Shown here one piece after another: positions 57,155 to 64,000 of a DNA stretch of 64,000 nt. This stretch comes from Klebsormidium nitens. Taxonomy: Eukaryota; Plantae; Klebsormidiophyceae. The notes under the pieces are model-generated. The model ran no database searches. It worked only from the letters and a program-made list of their open reading frames with translations, and was not told the DNA's origin. Numbering within the stretch: the first letter of the stretch is position 1; each line of letters begins with the position of its first letter. The stretch covers positions 1 through 64,000 of the forward strand of contig DF237191.1 of assembly GCA_000708835.1 (NCBI GenBank), given 5' to 3'. A program made the position numbers and the translations under genes.

Positions 57155-59380
57155 CTAGCGGCGGCGCAGAATCGTCACTGCAGGTGGGAATCGGTCAATC
57201 TGTCTGCCTTGATCGCGGGAAATTGACTTGGCCTTACCCTTTACGAGTCTACAATACCCCCTGACGTGTCTGCTGCATTGAAAGTGCTCGGATCCAGTCA
57301 GTACCTGACAGTGGAGCGTCCTTATGTGCAGGCATTCGACCCTCTTGTGAATGCATTCGCATCCACTTCTGACCAGAATCTTGAATCCTATTCTCAGGTT
57401 GCTCTATCGGATCCAACTTGCATGCCTGAGACTTACTTTAGTTGTTTGTGTATCTACAGATGCCGGCTGGAGTTGCTTCTACCTATGCACTCACGGGAAT
57501 AAGCGGCGCCTTTCACTTGGTCTGCCGGTGAGCCACGACTGTAGCATCGTGCAGCCTTCGATCTAGAATAGCTGTCCCGTTCTGAATGTAGTATAATAGC
57601 TCTATATCGGACTACAGAATGTTCTAGTCTATTCTTAGTGGGAACGTCTGCACGGGCGGTATTGCTGCGTTCGTTGGGAATTTCAGCATGGGCTAGAAGG
57701 TCGTTCACATTGCATTAGTCGTTGAGTCACTCCTTTCCTTTTCCTGTTGACAGCTGGCTTTAAAATGTTACGACGAGGCAAACCAAATCTTCAAAAATCG
57801 CTCCGCCCGCTGTTTGCAAACTACCCTAAAGGCAGTGTCGTGCTTAATACATCTTTGATTCCGTAGGATTGTTGCAGAGTGATGAATCTCGTAGGAGACC
57901 GTGACAGAGTTCTCCATGCCTCTCGTCACGGACCACATTCAAATGACACGCCAACTGCATCCCCTTTCGTCCAGATCCTTATCCCGCCGCATGCTGCCCT
58001 TGCCTCCGCCGCGACCAGGGAACCGCAGCCGAAGCCTCGCTTGGGATTAGAGTTCAGGGATTGGACTCCCCGTTGCACTTGATGCTGAGCGGCAAAGGAG
58101 CGCGCGCCCATGCACTCCTAGATTGAACGCGGTCAGAATCTCCTTCAGCTGGGCCTGCTTGCCGGGCGCCTTGACCTGTTCACTGGAGATGGAATGGAGC
58201 TCTAAAGTCTCAAATAGCTTCTGAAACAAGTCACTGACGAGATTCTTCATGTAGGAGATGTCCACCTTCAAATCTGCAAAGAGCTGCTACATATAGCTGC
58301 TAGCGAAGGTGTGTGTCCTTCGCCATCCTTATGGAGGCACACAAGCAGCCCTGGCCTAGCCCCGGCACACGTTGGAACGTGGCCGGAGTAGTGGGGCCAG
58401 TCAAACCTTGGTCGGGATTTAATCTTCACAGTCGGTTCAAATTTTGGTACAAGACAGAACATTGAATCGGATAGCGTGTGGTCAGCAGCCGGTGTAATGG
58501 GTCTTGCGGGGGGGTCCGACCCTCTGGAAAGAATGGCTTTCAGGAGCTCGGGGTTCGCCTCCCAAGACCCACCTTGATGACCGTAAGAGAATAGGGAAGG
58601 CTAAAAAGTGCCCGGTACAAGTACCGGGTAGCAGCAACTTTTCGCGCGTCCTTGCACCGTAAATTGATTGCAAAAGTCCGGACTTGAACTCATACAATTC
58701 GAGCTCCTAGTCACTTTAGACTAATGTAGCACACGATGATTCGGTAGAGTAGCTAGGCGTTCAGAACTCAAACATTCAAGTTGATTCGCATGTATGCTAT
58801 GGAAGCCTATGGCCCATGTGGCTACGGCGTTTTGAAAAGAGAACATCACCGACTAGAACGATCGCGGACTGTCTTATTTAGACTTTAGCCTACGGTATAC
58901 GGTAGTAGGAGCAGGAGGGAGCCGCCCCCTTCAAGTTGCATGATTGCACTCAGCCTGTACGGTAGTTCCTGATCACATCGGTCGATCGCATGGCCGGCCG
59001 CGACGGAGGCGAACTTGCAGGGTTTGCGGCGAGCGCTGAGTCCAGGCGGTCCCTGGGTTACGTTACTGTCACCGTCGTCCCGTCCACGAGTCCCGCGATC
59101 CGCTGCCCGCTGGCAGTGACTTTCTGCAAATCCCCGCCGTCCGATCGGCCTACCTCCGCAAAATCTGCGGGTTACAGATAGCACTGAAACAGGCTTCTGC
59201 AACCTCCCCCGTTCAGAGTTGAGCTTATCGTGCGGCCGCAGGCCCCTTGGTGTGATCTGACGGTTCTGCGACGTCTCCTAGGAGCAGAGCTTCCCGCTTT
59301 TGCAGGGATATGACGCACGTGGGGGCTGTCACGGTCGAGAGAGCTTGCGGTGCATCCTTGAGGCTTCAGCTTTCGTTTTT

Positions 59381-59425
59381 GTTTGACTTGTTTCACTTCG
59401 TTCCTGTTTGACTTGGTTCATTTCG
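59381..59425. repeat. 20-bp direct repeat, 25-nt period
   Basis: gtttgacttgtttcacttcg versus gtttgacttggttcatttcg (18/20). Confidence 0.75.
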
Positions 59426-59641
59426 AACATTGTACCGTAGGTCCTCGGATAACAACGGATCGCAAAAGGTCAGCCAGCAGCCTGAGCTGTCTAGTAAACA
59501 TCAGAAGAACCACGGGCTTCCGCCAGTGAGCAGTGAGATTTGGTTCAGAGTTTAAGTCGAGCTTGAGACAAGCTGTCTTTGCCTGGCTCCCCCGCGGAAT
59601 TGCGAGAGGCCCGTAGTCTCCTTTCCGTGACGAGCAGCGAA

Positions 59642-62600
59642 ATGGCTGAGCAGGGAAAGATGGAGAACGCTCACGAAGTAGTGGCTGAAGCGGAAAGGCT
59701 CAAGTCTTAGGGCAACCGGGCCTACGCAAGCAAGCTCTTCTCTCAGGCGATCCGCTTGTATACAGCAGCGCACAACCTGCTCCCCGACGAGCCCGTCTTC
59801 CTCTCAAACAGAGCAGCTGCGCACTTTCAGGCGGGAGACTATGCCGCCAGTCTGGCAGACGATGCAGCCGCCCTCGCACTGCTGAATGAGCGTCGGGTTG
59901 GGGGGCTGTATGATGACGTCAGTGCTGCTGACGTCACCAGGGCGCTCCAGCTGCAAGAGAAGGTGCTGAACCACGCGCGGCGCGCGGCCCTGCAGAGGAA
60001 GGACTGGGGTGTGTGCAAGAGCTTCTGCGAGAGCCTGGAGGAGGTGGAGGCGCGCGGTGAGGGAGGTCGCAGCGTTGGCCTTGAGACCTGTCGGTTGCTT
60101 GAAACTCTGGGGCTGGGGTCCGGTACGCATGAGGAGCGTCCAATTAGCACCTTTGAAGGCCTGCCCAACACCCGCCCATCACTGACGTCAGACTTTGGGT
60201 ACTTCCCAGTGGGGCACGACGATCCGGACGGGCTGATTCAAGTAGGAGCGCTCCAGCCCATGGCCGTTCCGAAGCTGGCCGAGGGAGAGAAGCTGAGCCT
60301 GCGTCTGCTGTTTGGCGCCTGCGGAGACCCCCGCCACGTCATGCAGAGCTTCAACGAGCTGGAGTCGCTCCTGTCTTCTGCTCGCCCACAGATTAAGAGA
60401 GCGTCAGACGAGGCTCACAAAAGCGACGGCAAAGAGGAGGACGCGATGTGGGCGGGCGTGTCTCTGGAGTGCACCATGAACGACCTCGACCTCCGCGTCC
60501 TCGCGCGCAACGTGCTGCTGCTGGTGCTCCTGAGGGGCGTGGGCGCGCGCGAGGGGTGCTCGCAGGACGGGGGCGCAGTGCTGGAGAAGCTGCGGGCGCA
60601 GGTCCAGTTCTGTGAGGCCATGCTGCATGGCTTCCAGTCGATGCAAGGGCGCGATATGGAGGAAGTAGCGGACGAGCTCATGGCGAAGTACACGGGAGAG
60701 TGGGAGGGGACGCATCCTGGGCGGGACGAATCGGTTAGTCTTTCACACCGACTCATATCACCAAGTCGAGTTGCTATTTCACTTCCGTATAGGCTTCGTA
60801 CCAGCTTCTCCGGCGAGGAATGAGAGAGCCGGTCAAATTGACAGAATGAATAAGGCCTTCGTTGTTTCGGGAGAGAAGTCTCTCTGTTACCCTGCACTCT
60901 ACCGACTATCAGTCGCTCGAGACCAGTACTTGCCGGCAGCAAGGGGTTTCCGAGGAGCGCACCGTCTCCAAAAGTCAACTCTAAGAGCGGTTTGAAATCG
61001 CCGTTTGTGAGCTCCTTCACGTTTGCATCTTCGTCTGAAAAGGAACTTTGAATCCTGAAAGCCAGCCCACCTCATCTTACACAGCACCACCCTTAACGTT
61101 TTTGGTATCGGAACATGATTCTTGATAGACGATTTCGTTGCAGAGGAAAGGAATTGTTGTTGGTACAAAGGTCACTAATCAACACGTCCAGGAGTGGCAG
61201 CCTGAATTACAGCTTTTGGAAACAGCGGCAAGACGCGATGTCCATCGAAAGACCTCTACTCCGTTCCACAGGATTTCACCGAGAGCTTTATCCAGGGCAC
61301 CCACTCCACAGAACAAGACGTCCTGTCCGGCGAGCTGCTCTACAAGGTGTGGCTCAGCTGCAACCTGACGTCCGCAGAGTCCGACGCGTTGGCTGCCACG
61401 CTGGCGTCCCTCCTCGAGGCCTCCACCTCGCTGGCCACGTGGCAGAGCGACCCGCGGCTTCGTTGGATCGAGTTCTGCTCTGAGGAGGACTTAGCCGCGT
61501 TGCGGCCCATTTGGCGCGCCTGGTTTGACTTCGGGCGGACCAAGGGGGAGTCGGCCGGACCGGAGGGGTTTGAGGGGGCGAAGCTGCGGCACATGGTGCG
61601 CGCCTTGAAGAGCGACGCACCCAGGATGATGTTTCCAATGATGAATAGCGTGACAGAGGCCGCGAAGGTTGAGATGGACAGCTGGCGAAGGACGGGGCTG
61701 ACGGCGTCGTATGCTGACGTCATGGCAGGCAGGACGGGGCTGGAGGGCATGGCCGTCAACCCGACCATGCTCCATGAGGTGAGTCACCTCGTTGTTGGAA
61801 TTGAGTTCTTTGCGGCTGAAATTCAGTCCTTTCACAAGTAAAAGTTGTCGTTCTTAGGTTCGAAATGGGAACGTAATTGTCTCTGATCGCAATGCTTTAC
61901 GTCTTCCGCTGGAGTTCTGCCTCTCAGCATGGTCCTCAACGCAAGCCTGTCCTTGAGCAACAGATAACGGACCCCGCTTCCTTGCTCTGCTGTTGTTTTG
62001 CTGAGCTGCCTTTCTGGCCATTGCACCAGAACGGCAAGCGAATCGGACCCCTGATATCATTTCCTTCTAGATCACTCCCGACGGCGGGTTTGTGGCCAAG
62101 AAGCCGAACGACCACCCCTGGACTTTCGCCCCCGATGCGTTCATCCATCAGGACGGCGTCTTCCTGGTCGTGCCGACTTTGACGGACCTTCTGGTGGCGC
62201 TCGGTGGCGCTCGGTGGCGTCGTCGGCACGACGTGCCTCCAGTTCTACGTCTGGTCACAGGCGCTCGCGCGGCTCACGAGCCGCGGCGCGGACGTCCGCG
62301 TCCGCGTGCTGCCCGGCATTATCTGCGATGACGCGCGCACGCGCGCGCGGGACGGCGAACTCCCCTTTGACCGCATTCACACCACCAACATCATCGACTA
62401 CGTCGGCCCGCTCAATCTGCTGACGTCCGTGGGGTCCAAGCTGAGGCAGGGGTGTCCGCACTCGGCAATGAAGATGAGGGTCTTGCTCAACCCGGGACTT
62501 TACCTCAAGAGCGGCAGCCCGACGCGCGCCTTCGACCTCGACTATTATCTGCAAAGGGAGCTGCTCCTGTCGCGCGAGGAGGTCTCCAACGTCATCGGTT

Positions 62601-63328
62601 ACGACGTGGTGACGTCAGCGGATAGGTTCTCGGAGCCCACGTACCTGCTGCCCACCGAGGGCAGGCTCTCGGAGAGTGCCAGGTTGTCGGAGTGGCTCGG
62701 CCAAACGCTCGCGCACATCGCGCTCCCCCCGGTGTCCGAAGAGCCTCGCCGGGGGGGCTGCTCGGCGCTCGAACCGAGGGGCCCCACGGTGGCCACGTTC
62801 CTGAACCTGCTCGCGCACCTGGTGGAGACGCGCGGCGTTCTCCCGCACTGGGTCGCCGAGCGCCTAGAACGCCTCCTCCTGATGACGACTGAGCTTTGGC
62901 ACGCCGAGCTTGTGGTCGTCACATCCCTGTACCTCCCAGCCCTGCCCTTCTTCCCAGCGTCCCCGGCCCTGCTCCCAGTCCGTTCTCTGACGCGCCAGAC
63001 CCTGCACGTGCCTTTCCTTTCCTGGGCTGTAAGAGACAGCCCATTCTTGGGGAACCCGCAGCTCGCGCTCCTGGTGATTGCGCCCGAGGAAATGGATGGG
63101 TTGATAGACGAAGCGGGAATCTCAGGCGGCGCGCTTCGAAGGCTGCTAACGAAGTGGCGTGGTAGGGTCCACTTGTTCTCGAGCTTCACCGTGAGCAAGC
63201 CAGACGAGGATTTCGTGAGCAGTGCGGAGATTTGGCTCCCAAGGGAGTGGGTCGATGAGGGGACCTGGAGAGCCATCATGTTGCGAGCCGACAGGTATGA
63301 GTTTGTGACCGACTTCTTAGCAATCTAG
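59642..63328 (+). pseudogene. TPR + DUF4470-type protein gene with two inactivating lesions
   Basis: Exons: 59642-60733, 61272-61778, 62071-63328. TPR: AERLKS*GNRAY...AIRLYTAA...PVFLSNRAAAHF. DUF4470-like motifs: LLFGACGDPRHV, NDLDLRVLARNVLLL, VNPTM, FDRIHTTNIIDYVG. In-frame TAG at 59708-59710. A 10-bp tandem duplication (ggtggcgctc, 62193-62212) shifts the frame; removing one copy restores a 949-codon frame. Confidence 0.83.
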
Positions 63329-64000
63329 ATGGGCAGACTCGGCAAGGGTATCGTCGAGGTGTCTATGCTCTATAATCTAGATGTCCAAAGGGCGTATAGA
63401 CGACAGACTAACGACAGCGTCGAGCGGCTAAGGATTCAATGAAGTCGGTCCTGTTCTTTGACTGAATAGAAGCTGGGGCAAGGTAGAGTCCAAGAGATAA
63501 GTAGCGACTTTGAAGATTTTGGTAAGGTCGAAGGCCCGGGGCGAGCGGAGGTGTAGTGCTTACATGTTGAAACGGTCGCAAGCTTATTCACACTGTCGTG
63601 GAACACTAGCTGTGCTTCCCTGTAATGGGATGCAACTAAGAACCCAGATTAAGTGCACCCCCATCTGCTTTTTGGATGCATACACATTCTGCCGCATGCG
63701 CATGGCGCATCAATGTGCAGGCGGCCTCTGTTGAACGCCCTGAAGGGTGCATCGCTCGAGACAACACATGGCCGGGCCATCATGATGCACGCCGGCTAGC
63801 TAGCTACACTTGTTTGTTTCTGTTACAGAGGACTCACGAGCTGCACTTTAAGCGTTTCGAATTAGGTGCACGATATGCACAGAATAGCATTTCAAAGCAA
63901 TGCACATAGGTGACTTTGTGCAATGCGCGTAGGACGGGCAGGTTGGACTTTTCGATGGCCGGCAATTGCATCTGCACCTCACTCAATCACGATGTCCAGG

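Noticed and set aside
58985-59040. CRVCG as a MYND or other zinc-finger remnant
   Set aside because: It is a single CxxC followed by a stop, with no further ligands.
59708-59710. TAG read as Gln (non-standard code, as in some ulvophyte algae)
   Set aside because: LIG1 and the LRR gene terminate at TAG and other genes at TAA at the expected C-termini, and the same gene carries a second, frameshifting lesion.
1-64000. rRNA, tRNA or transposable-element coding regions
   Set aside because: No cloverleaf, rRNA signature, transposase, reverse transcriptase, integrase or LTR/TIR pair was recognised by eye. A tRNAscan, Infernal or RepeatModeler run would be needed to exclude them formally.

Overview
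This is eukaryotic nuclear DNA, intron-rich with GT-AG introns and GC-rich exons. The gene content is plant-like, so a streptophyte green alga such as Klebsormidium is likely (inference; not verified by any search). By hand I assembled 7 intact multi-exon genes whose spliced lengths are all multiples of 3. They are DNA ligase I (+), a short glutamate-receptor-like channel lacking the N-terminal domain (-), an S1-domain RNA-binding protein (-), a ~1,115-aa low-complexity plastid-targeted orphan (-), an LRRC57-like LRR protein (+), a ~2,630-aa disordered/BAR-like/PH protein (-) and a CINP-like protein (+). There is also a recently disabled TPR-DUF4470 gene (one nonsense codon plus a 10-bp frameshifting duplication) and two assembly gaps. 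The most striking unexplained structure is a recurrent pattern of 'splice-junction echoes'. These are tandem ladders of ~120-210-nt duplications (about 160 nt on average) spanning an intron-exon boundary. Copies of acceptor plus exon 5' part sit upstream of the true exon, and copies of exon 3' part plus donor sit downstream. They occur at 7 junctions in two unrelated genes, and one LIG1 copy shows a strong excess of synonymous differences. All coordinates, counts and alignments were done by eye; no database search was run.
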